A DNA stretch of 64,000 nt from Candidatus Gastranaerophilales bacterium. Lineage in GTDB: Bacteria; Cyanobacteriota; Vampirovibrionia; Gastranaerophilales; Gastranaerophilaceae. Of this stretch, positions 26,837 to 38,737 are shown piece by piece. The notes under the pieces were generated by a model, which was given only the letters and a program-made list of their open reading frames with translations, searched no databases and was not told the DNA's origin. Position 1 is the stretch's first letter, and the number at the start of each line of letters is the position of its first letter. Location of the stretch: NCBI GenBank assembly GCA_944326465.1, contig CALVEB010000004.1, positions 21,717 to 85,716 of the forward strand, read 5' to 3'. Position numbers and translations under genes: made by a program.

Positions 26837-27427
26837 CTAATGACAACCGCTGCAATTTCCGGAGCACCCGCCGAGTAAATCAGAAAAATCAAACACTTCA
26901 TCTTTCAAAAGTTTTTCTATTACAATCGGATAAAGTTTGTGTTCAAGGTTATGAATTTCAGCTTCAAATTCATCGAAATGCATCAAATTTCCGATTAAAA
27001 CAGGGTATTGCGCAATAATTTTTCCGCCGTCGAGATCACTTGTAACATGATGTATAGTCACACCGCTTACCTTAACTCCTGCATCAAATGCTCTGTGTAT
27101 TGCATCTTTTCCCTTAAATGCAGGAAGCAAGGATGGGTGAATATTTATAAATTTGCCTAAATTAAGGACATCCTCCGGCAAAATTCTCATATAACCTGCA
27201 AGCACTATCAAATCAAAATTATTTACTGCAAAATAGGAACCGTTTTGTTCAAATGGCAGGTATTTGTATTTAACACCCAGATTTTTAGCGCGGGTTAATA
27301 TATATGCATTAACATCATCCGTAAGGCAGGTTATATCGACTTCCATTTCAGGTTTTTGCGCAAAATATTTTACTATTGCCTCAAAATTAGACCCGTTACC
27401 GGAGCCCATAATTGCTATCTTTTTCAT
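26837..27427 (-). CDS. purN: Phosphoribosylglycinamide formyltransferase with a Cys-rich C-terminal tail
   Basis: KIAIMGSGNGSNFEAI, HPSLLPAFKG, and the tail GGCSGNCSGCH. Confidence 0.9.
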   Translation of the reverse strand: MKKIAIMGSGNGSNFEAIVKYFAQKPEMEVDITCLTDDVNAYILTRAKNLGVKYKYLPFEQNGSYFAVNNFDLIVLAGYMRILPEDVLNLGKFINIHPSLLPAFKGKDAIHRAFDAGVKVSGVTIHHVTSDLDGGKIIAQYPVLIGNLMHFDEFEAEIHNLEHKLYPIVIEKLLKDEVFDFSDLLGGCSGNCSGCH

Positions 27428-28323
27428 TATATTATCCTCCCTAATTCAAATGCATTTTCGCAAATTTTATATATATCTTTTTGATTTTCAGGCGCGCATA
27501 TAATACAAAAACCGACTCCGCAATTAAACACATTATAAATTTCATCGCCGACAAGTTCGTGTAAACGTTGGAAAATCGGCTGTTGCGGAATATTTTGTTT
27601 AAAAAGTTCGAGTCTCTTAACCTCCACTATTCGTGACAGGTTTTCAATTAGTCCTCCGCCTGTAATATTTGCTCCTGCTTTGATTAAATTCGCATCCCAC
27701 AATTTACGGATAGTATTGTAATAAATATATGTCGGAACAAGGCAGGTTTCAAAATCTTTATCAGACAATTGACCGTCATTATATAATTTTCTGACAAGTG
27801 AAAATCCGTTTGCATGTACTCCGCTTGACGGAAGTCCGATGATAATATCACCGGTTTCAATTTTTTGTAATTCTCCGCCTCCGGCGCCAATTGCAAATCC
27901 TGCAATATCAATTACGCCGTCACGCATAATATCCGGCATTTCAGAGGTTTCGCCGCCTAACAGCCTGCAATTACATTTTTCCAAAACCTTTTTAAGTTCA
28001 ATAATTATTGAGGATATGGCGTCGCTGTCAAGTTTATTTACAGCAATGTAATCTGAAAAACCAAGAGCAACAACATCACGGGTTGCCATGTCATTAAGAT
28101 TAGCCGCAGCGACTTCCTGTGCAATATCGGCATATCGTTTGCGTTTGTATAGCGGGATAATTTTTGTACCGATACCGTCGCAGCAGTTATAAATTTTTAT
28201 TCCGTTATAATCAACAGAGCCGACAAATTCACTAATGTTTTTGTCTTTAATCTCTTTTGACAGAATATTATTTAATCTCTCTGCTTCCTTCAGGTCAACG
28301 CCTGACTGTTTATATGCGTCCAT
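27427..28323 (-). CDS. purM: Phosphoribosylformylglycinamidine cyclo-ligase (AIR synthetase)
   Basis: YKQSGVDLKEAE, CCDGIGTK, GGETSEMP. Confidence 0.9.
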   Translation of the reverse strand: MDAYKQSGVDLKEAERLNNILSKEIKDKNISEFVGSVDYNGIKIYNCCDGIGTKIIPLYKRKRYADIAQEVAAANLNDMATRDVVALGFSDYIAVNKLDSDAISSIIIELKKVLEKCNCRLLGGETSEMPDIMRDGVIDIAGFAIGAGGGELQKIETGDIIIGLPSSGVHANGFSLVRKLYNDGQLSDKDFETCLVPTYIYYNTIRKLWDANLIKAGANITGGGLIENLSRIVEVKRLELFKQNIPQQPIFQRLHELVGDEIYNVFNCGVGFCIICAPENQKDIYKICENAFELGRII

Positions 28324-28406
28324 AACCTGATTTTATAAAAAACGCGGTCAAATGGCAACATTAATATTGTGTAAAATTATATTATAAGATTAGCAATTTA
28401 TAAATT

Positions 28407-28482
28407 AATAAAATAAATTGTGTCAGGAAAACACGCTTTCGCTCTGCTTACGCTATCGTTTCCCGACACAACTTATTTTATT
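28407..28482. repeat. Long inverted repeat (about 26 bp per arm) between oadB and purM
   Basis: AATAAAATAAATTGTGTCAGGAAAAC ... CGTTTCCCGACACAACTTATTTTATT. Confidence 0.6.
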
Positions 28483-28540
28483 ATAGTATTCCTCAAAATA
28501 AAAAGAGGACGCGGTTCAAGAACTACGCCCCTTTTTTAAG

Positions 28541-29716
28541 CTAATTGCACAGTGCAAGCAGAATACCTGCTGCAACGGCTGAGCCGATTACACCTGCAAC
28601 GTTAGGCCCCATAGCGTGCATCAACAGATAATTCTGGCTGTTTGCTTCCAAACCGACTTTGTTAGAAACACGCGCGGCCATCGGGACGGCAGATACACCG
28701 GCTGACCCGATAAGCGGATTGATTTTTTCTTTAGAGAATAAATTCATAACTTTAGCAAAAATAACTCCGCCTGCTGTTGCAAATGAAAATGCAAGTACAC
28801 CTAATATCAAAATGAATAATGTCTGAGTTGTCAAAAACTGGCTTGCAGATAATTTTGAACCTACAGACAAACCTAAGAATATTGTTACTATATTAATTAG
28901 TGCGTTCTGCATTGTATCGGAAAGTCTTTCAACAACACCGCATTCTTTACATAAGTTACCGAAAGTCAATGCGCCGACTAACGGGCATGCATCCGGCAGG
29001 AATATAATGCAAAGCCCCAGAACAACAAGAGGGAAAACGATTTTTTCACGTTTAGAAACTTCTCTCAATTGTTTCATTTCAATTTTACGTTCTTCTTCTG
29101 TTGTCAAAGCTTTCATAATAGGCGGCTGGATTACAGGAACAAGCGCCATATAAGAATATGCGGCAACAGCAATAGCGCCTAATAGTTCAGGAGCAAGCTT
29201 AGAAGTTACATAAATTGATGTCGGGCCGTCCGCACCGCCGATAATCCCGATAGCGCCGGATTGCGGAAGTGTAAATCCAAAGACACACAACGCAAGCAGT
29301 AATGCGCCAAAAATACCGAATTGTGCGGCTCCGCCTAAGAGAGCTGTTTTAGGGTTTGCAATCAACGGACCGAAATCTGTCATTGCACCGACACCCATAA
29401 ATATAATTAACGGGAATAATCCCTGATGTATACCTGCTTCATAGATAATGCCTAAAAAGCCGTTCGGTTCGGCAATTCCGGCAACCGGAATGTTTGATAA
29501 CAAACCGCCGAACGCAATAGGTACTAATAAAAGCGGTTCAAATTCTTTTTTGATACCAAGCCATAATAAGAACAAACATAATACAATCATAATCGGTGAG
29601 CCGAATTGATGAAGAAATTGTTCAAATCCGCTTGTAATGGTCGGGTCAGCAGGTTGTATGAAGTTTGCAATACCTGTTGACTGCCATAATTTATATAAAC
29701 TGTCTGCTATATTCAT
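28541..29716 (-). CDS. oadB: Sodium-translocating decarboxylase (oxaloacetate decarboxylase) beta subunit
   Basis: 391-aa polytopic membrane protein of the OadB/GcdB family ([10 protein letters not shown]..., [16 protein letters not shown]). Confidence 0.9.
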   Translation of the reverse strand: MNIADSLYKLWQSTGIANFIQPADPTITSGFEQFLHQFGSPIMIVLCLFLLWLGIKKEFEPLLLVPIAFGGLLSNIPVAGIAEPNGFLGIIYEAGIHQGLFPLIIFMGVGAMTDFGPLIANPKTALLGGAAQFGIFGALLLALCVFGFTLPQSGAIGIIGGADGPTSIYVTSKLAPELLGAIAVAAYSYMALVPVIQPPIMKALTTEEERKIEMKQLREVSKREKIVFPLVVLGLCIIFLPDACPLVGALTFGNLCKECGVVERLSDTMQNALINIVTIFLGLSVGSKLSASQFLTTQTLFILILGVLAFSFATAGGVIFAKVMNLFSKEKINPLIGSAGVSAVPMAARVSNKVGLEANSQNYLLMHAMGPNVAGVIGSAVAAGILLALCN

Positions 29717-29760
29717 CTTTTATTCCTTTTCTAATGTTTCCTTCAAAACAGAGGTAAAAC

Positions 29761-31545
29761 CTAACCAATAGTTACCAGTACTTCACCTGTTTTGACTTTA
29801 TTACCAACTTCAATTTCTACTGACTGTACAGTACCGGAAACCGGTGATTTAATTTCTGTTTCCATTTTCATTGCTTCAATAACTGTTATTACATCACCTT
29901 CATAAATTGTATCGCCTGTAGAAACAAGTACTTTTAATACAGTACCCGGAAGCGCTGCCTTAACCGGAGTGCCTTCACCTGCAGGAACTGCTGTTGCGTC
30001 AATTCCAGCTTTTACTTTTACGTCATACAATTTACCGTTAACTGTTGCTTTGTCGCCTTCAATTGTAACAGCATATTTTTTACCGTTAACTGAAACTGTA
30101 TAACCGCCTGTTGAATCAATTTTAGGTTCTGTTTCACCTTTTTCACATTTTCTGACACCGATTGTACCCTTGCCCTGCAAGAACAAGATTCCTTTTTCTT
30201 TACATGCAGCAGAAATAAAGATATTTTCATCAGTAATCGGCAGACCTGCTTCTTCAAGTCTTTTCTTAGCCGGTTCAATACCTTTTTCAGGATCCTTATC
30301 GTTTAAGTCAACAACTGTTTCTGTTGTAGGTTCTAAACAGAGTTGTTCAGCGGCAATTTTGATAACTTCCGCATCCGGCTCACAAGGAGTTTTACCAAAG
30401 TATCCGAGAACCATTTTACCGTAACCTTCTGCAATCTTTTTCCAGTTGCCGAACATGACATTATTAAATGCTTGCTGGAAGTAGAATTGTGAAACAGGGG
30501 TTACAGATGTTCCGAAACCGCCCTTCATAACAACTTCCTTCATTGCAGCAACAACTTCAGGGAATTTATCCATTAAGTTGTTGTCGCGAAGCATCTGGGT
30601 GTTTGCGGTTAATGCTCCGCCAGGAAGAGGTGATTGAATAATCATCGGATTAACAGCAAGTGCCTCAGGCGGTAAGAAGTAATCTTTCATGCATTCTTTG
30701 AAGATCTCTTCTGTTTCAAGAATTTTTTCAACATCAATTCCTAAATCATAATCTGTTCCTTTAACAGCATGCCACATAGAAACGATATCAGGCTGCGCAG
30801 TGCCTCCGGATACAGGTTTCATAGATAAATCAATACCATCAGCGCCGCCGTCTAAAGCTGCAATGTAGCAGGCAAGTCCTGTTCCTGCTGTTTCGTGAGA
30901 GTGGAAGCGGATATGTGCATCTTCACCCAAAATTTCTCTTGTACGTTTAATTGTTTCGTATACTTTTCTCGGGCTTGAAGTACCTGATGCATCTTTGAAT
31001 GCAAGACTGTCAAACGGAATGCCTGCATCTAAGATATTTCTCAGTACTCTTTCATAAAAATCAACATCATGCGCGCCGGTGCAGCCATAAGGAAGTTCCA
31101 TCATTGTGATTGTAACTTCATGTTTAAGACCGTTATCTCTGATGCATTGCGCTGAATAAATTAAGTTGTGTACATCGTTAAGTGCATCAAAATTTCTGAC
31201 GGTTGTAACACCGTGTTTTTTAAACATTTTTGCATGCAGGTTGATGATATCTCGCGGTTGAGAATCCAAACCTACAACATTGACACCTCTTGCAAGACTT
31301 TGAAGATTTATATCAGGCCCTACAGCGGCTCTTATTTTATCCATTGTTTCAAACGCATTTTCATTACAGTAGAAAATCGGTGATTGAAATCTTGCCCCGC
31401 CTGCAACTTCAAAATGTTTAAGACCGGCATTAACAGCAGCCTGCAGAGCAGGAATAAAATCTTCTACAAATACTCTTGCGCCATACACAGACTGAAAACC
31501 GTCCCTGAAAGAAGTATCCATTACCTTAATGAGTTTTTTCGCCAT
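29761..31545 (-). CDS. oadA: Oxaloacetate decarboxylase alpha subunit (carboxyltransferase plus biotinyl carrier domain)
   Basis: DTSFRDGFQS TIM-barrel carboxyltransferase domain and a C-terminal biotinylation motif EAMKMETEI. Confidence 0.9.
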   Translation of the reverse strand: MAKKLIKVMDTSFRDGFQSVYGARVFVEDFIPALQAAVNAGLKHFEVAGGARFQSPIFYCNENAFETMDKIRAAVGPDINLQSLARGVNVVGLDSQPRDIINLHAKMFKKHGVTTVRNFDALNDVHNLIYSAQCIRDNGLKHEVTITMMELPYGCTGAHDVDFYERVLRNILDAGIPFDSLAFKDASGTSSPRKVYETIKRTREILGEDAHIRFHSHETAGTGLACYIAALDGGADGIDLSMKPVSGGTAQPDIVSMWHAVKGTDYDLGIDVEKILETEEIFKECMKDYFLPPEALAVNPMIIQSPLPGGALTANTQMLRDNNLMDKFPEVVAAMKEVVMKGGFGTSVTPVSQFYFQQAFNNVMFGNWKKIAEGYGKMVLGYFGKTPCEPDAEVIKIAAEQLCLEPTTETVVDLNDKDPEKGIEPAKKRLEEAGLPITDENIFISAACKEKGILFLQGKGTIGVRKCEKGETEPKIDSTGGYTVSVNGKKYAVTIEGDKATVNGKLYDVKVKAGIDATAVPAGEGTPVKAALPGTVLKVLVSTGDTIYEGDVITVIEAMKMETEIKSPVSGTVQSVEIEVGNKVKTGEVLVTIG

Positions 31546-31584
31546 AATTTTTATATCCTTTCATCTTTTTATAATTTAATCTGA

Positions 31585-31818
31585 TTATTTTTTAGCCATA
31601 ACAGCGGCTATAGCAACAGCAATCGCTTCATCTTCACGTACTGCTGCAGAACGGGTGTTTTCAACAACTACAACCTTTTCCGGATAAATTTTGTTCAAAT
31701 ATGCTACAACATAAGACATTACATGCATAGCGCCTATCATTAACCACAAAAAAGCCAGAACAAACCCCATGCCTATAACCATTAAAGTCATTCCGACCGT
31801 CAATAATTCTAAATTCAT
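31585..31818 (-). CDS. oadG: Oxaloacetate decarboxylase gamma subunit
   Basis: 77 aa with a single N-terminal TM segment (LTVGMTLMVIGMGFVLAFLWLMI), located upstream of oadA and oadB. Confidence 0.8.
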   Translation of the reverse strand: MNLELLTVGMTLMVIGMGFVLAFLWLMIGAMHVMSYVVAYLNKIYPEKVVVVENTRSAAVREDEAIAVAIAAVMAKK

Positions 31819-32531
31819 AAAATATCTCCTATAGTCAATACTAAATCCTTGTTATCTTTTTCCAGTACAAGCTCGCCTTTATCTGTTATGGATTTTGCCA
31901 TGCCTGACTTTTTCTCATTAAGTATTTGCACGCAAATCTCCTTTTCCAGAAAGCCGGCATGATTTATATAATATTCTTTTATATAACTAAATCCTTCTTT
32001 TAAAAAGAGTTCATAATTTTCGAAAAAATCGTTTACGAGCATGTCTTTAAATTCTTTCAAATTAATACTTTTACCGGTTTGCAAATTAAGAGATGTGACA
32101 GGTCTGTCTATTTTTTCAAGTTCTTTTTCATCAGCGTTAAGATTTACGCCTATTCCGAGAACAAGACCCTTAAAAGCATTTCCCTGCATCACTGTTTCTG
32201 ATAAAATCCCTGCTATTTTTTTGCCGTCAACAAGCACATCATTCGGCCACTTAATTTGCGGCTGCAAATCGTATTTTTCAAGGATTTTACACAGTATTAC
32301 AGATAAGTATTGTGTTAAATTAGAATAAACTTCCTGAAAAGTTTGCGACGGTTTTAAGACAAATGTTAAAAATAAATTATCACCGCCTAAATCAACCCAG
32401 CACCTTTGCAAACGGCCGCGTCCTGCAGTTTGACGGGCTGCCTGCACAATCGTTCTGTCTTTTAACTTTTCAATATTAGATTTTGCGTATCGATTGGTTG
32501 AATCAATCTCTTCCAGAAAAATATTATTCAT
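31815..32531 (-). CDS. birA: Biotin-[acetyl-CoA-carboxylase] ligase (class I; no HTH domain)
   Basis: MNNIFLEEIDSTNRYAK...QTAGRGRLQRCW...KWPNDVLVDGKKIAGIL. Start trimmed to ATG 32531. Confidence 0.9.
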   Translation of the reverse strand: MNNIFLEEIDSTNRYAKSNIEKLKDRTIVQAARQTAGRGRLQRCWVDLGGDNLFLTFVLKPSQTFQEVYSNLTQYLSVILCKILEKYDLQPQIKWPNDVLVDGKKIAGILSETVMQGNAFKGLVLGIGVNLNADEKELEKIDRPVTSLNLQTGKSINLKEFKDMLVNDFFENYELFLKEGFSYIKEYYINHAGFLEKEICVQILNEKKSGMAKSITDKGELVLEKDNKDLVLTIGDIL

Positions 32532-32627
32532 TTGCCCTCTTTTACTATTTAATATTAACGTAAACAAAAAAAATTTGCGATTTTTATTTTTATGTATTAG
32601 AATAAGTTTTGTAAGGGAGAGAAAATT

Positions 32628-33311
32628 ATGGAACACTGGTTATATAATATGTCAATTGGCAGTCATACATTGACTTTTAACCTTGATACTATATTTACCA
32701 TGTGGTTTGCAATGATTGTACTTTTAATCTTTGCAATTGCAGCAACGAGAAAGCTTTCACTGGTTCCAAATAAATTGCAGGCATTTTGTGAAAGTATTAT
32801 GCATTTTTTCTGGAATGTCATGGGCTCAATGAATACAGCAAGACAACATGTTCCTTTAATTGCATCATTATTTCTGTTTATTTTATTCGCAAATTTAATG
32901 GGGCAGCTTCCTTTGAGAATCATCCATATTAAGTCAGGCGAACTTGCCTCTCCGACAAACGATGTTAATCTGACAGCCGCAATGGCAATTATTGTATTAA
33001 TATATTATGTAACAGCAGGAATCATGAAAAAAGGAGGCAAATTCTTTTTACATGAATTCAGTTTTACCGGAATAGTCATGGCACTTGTTGAATTGTTAGA
33101 AATGGTAACAAGACCTTTAAGTCTTGCTATCCGACTTTTTGCAAATATATTTGCCGGAGAAATACTTGTTACGATTGCATTAGGAGCATGTGCATATTTT
33201 GCGCCGCTTCCGATAATGCTTTTTGAAATACTGGTTGCATTCATTCAGGCAACAGTATTTATGATGCTGACAATAGCTTATGTATCGTCTGCAACAGGTG
33301 AAGAACACTAA
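32628..33311 (+). CDS. atpB: F0F1 ATP synthase subunit a
   Basis: LAIRLFANIFAGE motif, five to six TM segments, first gene of the atp operon. Confidence 0.9.
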   Translation: MEHWLYNMSIGSHTLTFNLDTIFTMWFAMIVLLIFAIAATRKLSLVPNKLQAFCESIMHFFWNVMGSMNTARQHVPLIASLFLFILFANLMGQLPLRIIHIKSGELASPTNDVNLTAAMAIIVLIYYVTAGIMKKGGKFFLHEFSFTGIVMALVELLEMVTRPLSLAIRLFANIFAGEILVTIALGACAYFAPLPIMLFEILVAFIQATVFMMLTIAYVSSATGEEH

Positions 33312-33346
33312 TAAAAACATATATGTAAAAGTAAAGGAGAAAAATT

Positions 33347-33568
33347 ATGGAACAATTAGCTCAATTAGGTGCAGGTATTGCAATCGGTTTCGGTGCAGTT
33401 GGTGCTGGACTTGGTATTGGTTTTGCAACAAAAGGTTTGATGGATGCTGTTTCAAGACAACCGGAAGTTGCCGGTAAAGCATTCGGGTTCTTCCTTCTTG
33501 GTGCTGCTTTATCTGAAGCATGTGCTTTGTACGCATTCGTTATCGCGTTCTTATTATTGAACAAGTAA
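33347..33568 (+). CDS. atpE: F0F1 ATP synthase subunit c
   Basis: 73-aa hairpin proteolipid with the RQPE loop and the carboxylate in LSEACALY. Confidence 0.9.
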   Translation: MEQLAQLGAGIAIGFGAVGAGLGIGFATKGLMDAVSRQPEVAGKAFGFFLLGAALSEACALYAFVIAFLLLNK

Positions 33569-33583
33569 TAATTGGAGTATGTC

Positions 33584-34003
33584 ATGGAATTTAATGCAAC
33601 ATTCATAGTTTCAGTAATAAGTTTTATAATATTTACACTCTTGATGAATGAAATCCTTTATAAACCGGTTTCAAAAATCATAGAAGAGCGTGAACATTTG
33701 ATCAACGACAATTATGAAAATGCAAAAGCTTCTAAAGATCATGCAGGTGCTATTTACGCTGACAGAGATGAAAAATTATCAAAAACTGCAGCAGATAATA
33801 AAAAACTTACAGCAGAAAGTCTGACTAAAGCGAATGCTGATGCTAAAATTAAAACAACTGAAGCAAAACAAAATTCCATAGCGCAAATAAACGCGGCAAA
33901 ATCTGATATTCAGAACAAAAGTGATGCTCTCAATAATGAAGTAAAAGGTCGAATTGATGAGCTTGCAGATAATATTTCAGCTAAAATTCTCGGAGAAGTC
34001 TGA
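33584..34003 (+). CDS. F0F1 ATP synthase subunit b'
   Basis: An N-terminal TM segment followed by a long charged helix. It is the first of two consecutive b-type genes. GGAG lies 7 nt before ATG 33584. Confidence 0.75.
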   Translation: MEFNATFIVSVISFIIFTLLMNEILYKPVSKIIEEREHLINDNYENAKASKDHAGAIYADRDEKLSKTAADNKKLTAESLTKANADAKIKTTEAKQNSIAQINAAKSDIQNKSDALNNEVKGRIDELADNISAKILGEV

Positions 34004-34499
34004 TGGAAATTTGGAATTTAATTCTTGAATCAAATACATTCAACTTTATTATACTGGTTGGTATTATTGCGTTTTTAATGCACAAGATGAAGTTCGGTTC
34101 TGTTTTAGAAAATCTTAAAGAAAATATTGTAAACAGAATAGAACTTTCAAAAAGCGAACGTGAAAAAGCTGACAAAGAATTAGCAAAAGCAAAAGATGCG
34201 GTTGCGAATCTGGATAATGAAATTAAAGAAAGTATTGAATTGACAAGAAAAAATATAGACGCTGCTGTTAAAAGCACTCTTGAAACAGCAGAGCGGCAGG
34301 CGGAAAATATTCTCGGAAATGTTAAAACCGTCATAGAAAATGAAGAAAAACAGGTTTCTTCAAGAATTTTAAAACTGACAGAAACACAGGCTGTTCAATC
34401 TGCAAAAGAAAAAATTATTGCAAAATTGAACGCTAATCCGGAACTTCATAACAAATACATTGATGAAGCTATACAAGATATTGAAAAGGCGGCATTATA

Positions 34500-34500
<1 letters not shown>
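34003..34500 (+). CDS. atpF: F0F1 ATP synthase subunit b
   Basis: An N-terminal TM segment followed by a long charged helix. Its start overlaps the stop of b' (TGATG). Confidence 0.8.
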
Positions 34501-36540
<2,040 letters not shown>

Positions 36541-36697
36541 AAGCTACTGTAGAGTTAGGCTTTCCATATAAACTATATATATGGTGGCTTGATATAGTTA
36601 CTGTAGGGTGGGCAAAGCGTATGCTAACCATACCGCGCAGGAATAAAACTGTTTGAGGTAAAGCGTGCCCACCAAATAGGATAAACAAGGAAGAAAA
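36541..36697 (+). repeat. 157-nt repeat/hairpin-bearing spacer between atpA and atpG
   Basis: Direct repeats TACTGTAG(A/G)GT. Stem GGTGGGCA...TGCCCACC encloses a segment flanked by a duplicated AAGCG. The leading TAGGGTGGGCAAAG resembles the module AGGGTGGACAAAG at 45979. Confidence 0.5.
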
Positions 36698-37624
36698 ATG
36701 ACAAACCTTAAAGATATTAAAAACCGGATACAGAGTGTTGAAAGCACAAAAAAAATAACAAGAGCAATGAAAATGGTTGCAGCTGCAAAAGTTAAAAAAG
36801 CAGAATCAACCGTTAAAGCTTCACGTCCGTTTACAACTGAATTAAATACAATGTTTGCTAAATTGCTTAATTCAGTCGGCAGTTATAGCGCAACATCTCT
36901 CAAAATTAAGCAGGCAATAGATAATTATCCTGCATTGCTCAGCACAAGAGAGATCAAATCTGTTGCGCTGCTGGTTATTACATCAAATAAAGGTCTGGCA
37001 GGGGCTTATAACGCAAACGTCGTCAGAAAAACTATCAATACAATTACTGAATACAATAAAAAAGGTGTAAAAACTTATTTGTTTGTAGTCGGTCAAAAGG
37101 GTATTTCAGCGCTCAAACGTAAATGCAAAGAATTAGGCTGTGATATAGAAAAGAATTATCTCAGTATCGCTAATAATCCGACATCAGAAGGCGCTTATAT
37201 GGTAGCCGAAGATCTTGCGGATTATTATGTTGAAGGAAAAGTAGATAAAATAGAAGTTATTACAACTCGATTTAAAAATATGATGAGCTACTTTGTGGAA
37301 AACTGGGAGGTTTTACCGCTGGATAGAACATCAGAAAAAGCAGATAAAGACAGTGTTGTAGAACCTTTAATGGAATTTGAACCCGATATGCATCATATTC
37401 TGCAAAAAGTAGTTCCGATGTATGTAACGAATATAATTTATCAGTCACTGCTTGAGGCACAGGCAAGCGAACTTGCATCCCGTATGACTGCAATGTCCGC
37501 AGCAACAACAAATGCCGAAAAAATGATAAGCGAACTGTCTATTGAATATAACAAAACCCGTCAGTTTGCAATTACTCAGGAAATTATTGAGGTTGTTTCA
37601 GGCGCAAATGCCCAGATCGGCTAA
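36698..37624 (+). CDS. atpG: F0F1 ATP synthase subunit gamma
   Basis: LKDIKNRIQSVESTKKITRAMKMVAAAK N-terminus and ITQEIIEVVSGA C-terminus. Confidence 0.95.
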   Translation: MTNLKDIKNRIQSVESTKKITRAMKMVAAAKVKKAESTVKASRPFTTELNTMFAKLLNSVGSYSATSLKIKQAIDNYPALLSTREIKSVALLVITSNKGLAGAYNANVVRKTINTITEYNKKGVKTYLFVVGQKGISALKRKCKELGCDIEKNYLSIANNPTSEGAYMVAEDLADYYVEGKVDKIEVITTRFKNMMSYFVENWEVLPLDRTSEKADKDSVVEPLMEFEPDMHHILQKVVPMYVTNIIYQSLLEAQASELASRMTAMSAATTNAEKMISELSIEYNKTRQFAITQEIIEVVSGANAQIG

Positions 37625-37651
37625 TTTAATATAGCAAATTAATAAGCAGTT

Positions 37652-37882
37652 TTAATCCTGATTGTGCAATGGTAAAAGACAGTTAAGATCAACTCCGAGA
37701 GCCAGCGCGATATTCGCAACAACAAGGATTGTCGGACAAACTTTTTCGTTTTCAATCCTGTATAAATGCTGCGGAGTAATATCAGCTTTTTCAGCAAGAT
37801 ATTCCTGTGAAAAATTTTTTCTTGCCCGTTCAACCCGTATGTTTTCTGCCAGAATTTTTACTGCATCTTCTTTCGTTAACAT
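37652..37882 (-). CDS. XRE-family HTH transcriptional regulator (76 aa)
   Basis: LAENIRVERARKNFSQEYLAEKADITPQHLYRIENEK. Divergent from pilin-like gene P3. Confidence 0.85.
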   Translation of the reverse strand: MLTKEDAVKILAENIRVERARKNFSQEYLAEKADITPQHLYRIENEKVCPTILVVANIALALGVDLNCLLPLHNQD

Positions 37883-37900
37883 AATATTATGTTAACACTC

Positions 37901-37928
37901 TTGACACAAATTTTTTAGAACATATAAT
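37901..37928 (+). promoter_or_regulatory. Sigma-70-type promoter of P3
   Basis: TTGACA (37901-37906), 16-nt spacer, TATAAT (37923-37928). The palindrome AACATATATGTT lies just downstream. Confidence 0.5.
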
Positions 37929-37989
37929 TTAATTTATGAACATATATGTTTATAAAACAAATTATAATTATGTAATTCAGGAGGGAAAT

Positions 37990-38661
37990 ATGAAAAAAGG
38001 AAACGCTTTTACTCTTGCAGAAGTTTTAATAACTATGGCAATTATAGGTGTCGTTGCAGCATTAACCATTCCGAACATTGTTCAAAACTACAAGAAAAAG
38101 GTTGCAACTGTAAGATTAAAAAAGTTTGTGTCTTCAATGCATCAAGCAATAGCACTTTCAGAACTTGAAAATGGCTCAATTACAAGCTGGAATGTAGCTG
38201 CATATATACCACCTACAGGCGATCCAAACAGTGATGAATACAAAGATGCATACAGACAGAACGCCAATAATGCACTTGCTTTTTTTAATCAATATCTTGC
38301 AAAATATATTAATCATACAAAAATCGAGGAGGCAAAAGACTACAAATCACTGGTATATTTTGCTGATGGTTCATGCATGTGGCTTTATAACGGAGGGCTT
38401 ATAGATATCAAATATGCAATTAATTGCAGCAGCGGACAGGATAAAAATGGTGTTGATGATTTTGCCTTCATCATTAATCATAAAGGCAATGACATTTATT
38501 TGGGGAACAAAAAGTTTAACGGTTATTACATTTCTCCAATAGACAGCTTAACTCGTGAGCAGGCAATTGCTAACTGTAAAAATAATGCATATAATTGTAC
38601 AGCACTTTTAGAAAAATTTGACAACTGGGAGTTCAAAGACGATTATCCCTACAAATTTTAA
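37990..38661 (+). CDS. Type IV pilin-like protein P3 (uninterrupted prepilin leader)
   Basis: MKKGNA|FTLAEVLITMAIIGVVAALTIPNIVQNYKKK. RBS AGGAGGG before ATG 37990. Confidence 0.8.
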   Translation: MKKGNAFTLAEVLITMAIIGVVAALTIPNIVQNYKKKVATVRLKKFVSSMHQAIALSELENGSITSWNVAAYIPPTGDPNSDEYKDAYRQNANNALAFFNQYLAKYINHTKIEEAKDYKSLVYFADGSCMWLYNGGLIDIKYAINCSSGQDKNGVDDFAFIINHKGNDIYLGNKKFNGYYISPIDSLTREQAIANCKNNAYNCTALLEKFDNWEFKDDYPYKF

Positions 38662-38737
38662 CCGCATGCCGAAATAATTGCCATTGACACAGCACAGTAA
38701 ATCACAAGCCATTGATATCTATCAGCTTAAGGCCGCG

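Noticed and set aside
32532-32636. The N-terminal extension of birA, and similar extensions for 7003..7470, 37936, 47408, 23469 and 16683
   Set aside because: Internal ATGs with proper SD sequences coincide with the start of homology or of the signal peptide. The extensions overlap promoters or neighbouring genes.
33347-33568. A Na+-coupled ATP synthase matching the neighbouring Na+-pumping oxaloacetate decarboxylase
   Set aside because: The c subunit has Ile in place of the Gln of the Na+ site (GLGIGF) and Ala after the carboxylate (SEAC). The Na+-binding signature is therefore absent.
33361-34334. Antisense and overlapping ORFs within the atp genes (33361..33606, 33981..34334), and the many similar 60-130-aa ORFs opposite accA, accD, valS, oadA, pckA and others
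   Set aside because: They lie opposite or out of frame to strongly supported conserved genes, lack RBSs, and have low-complexity translations.
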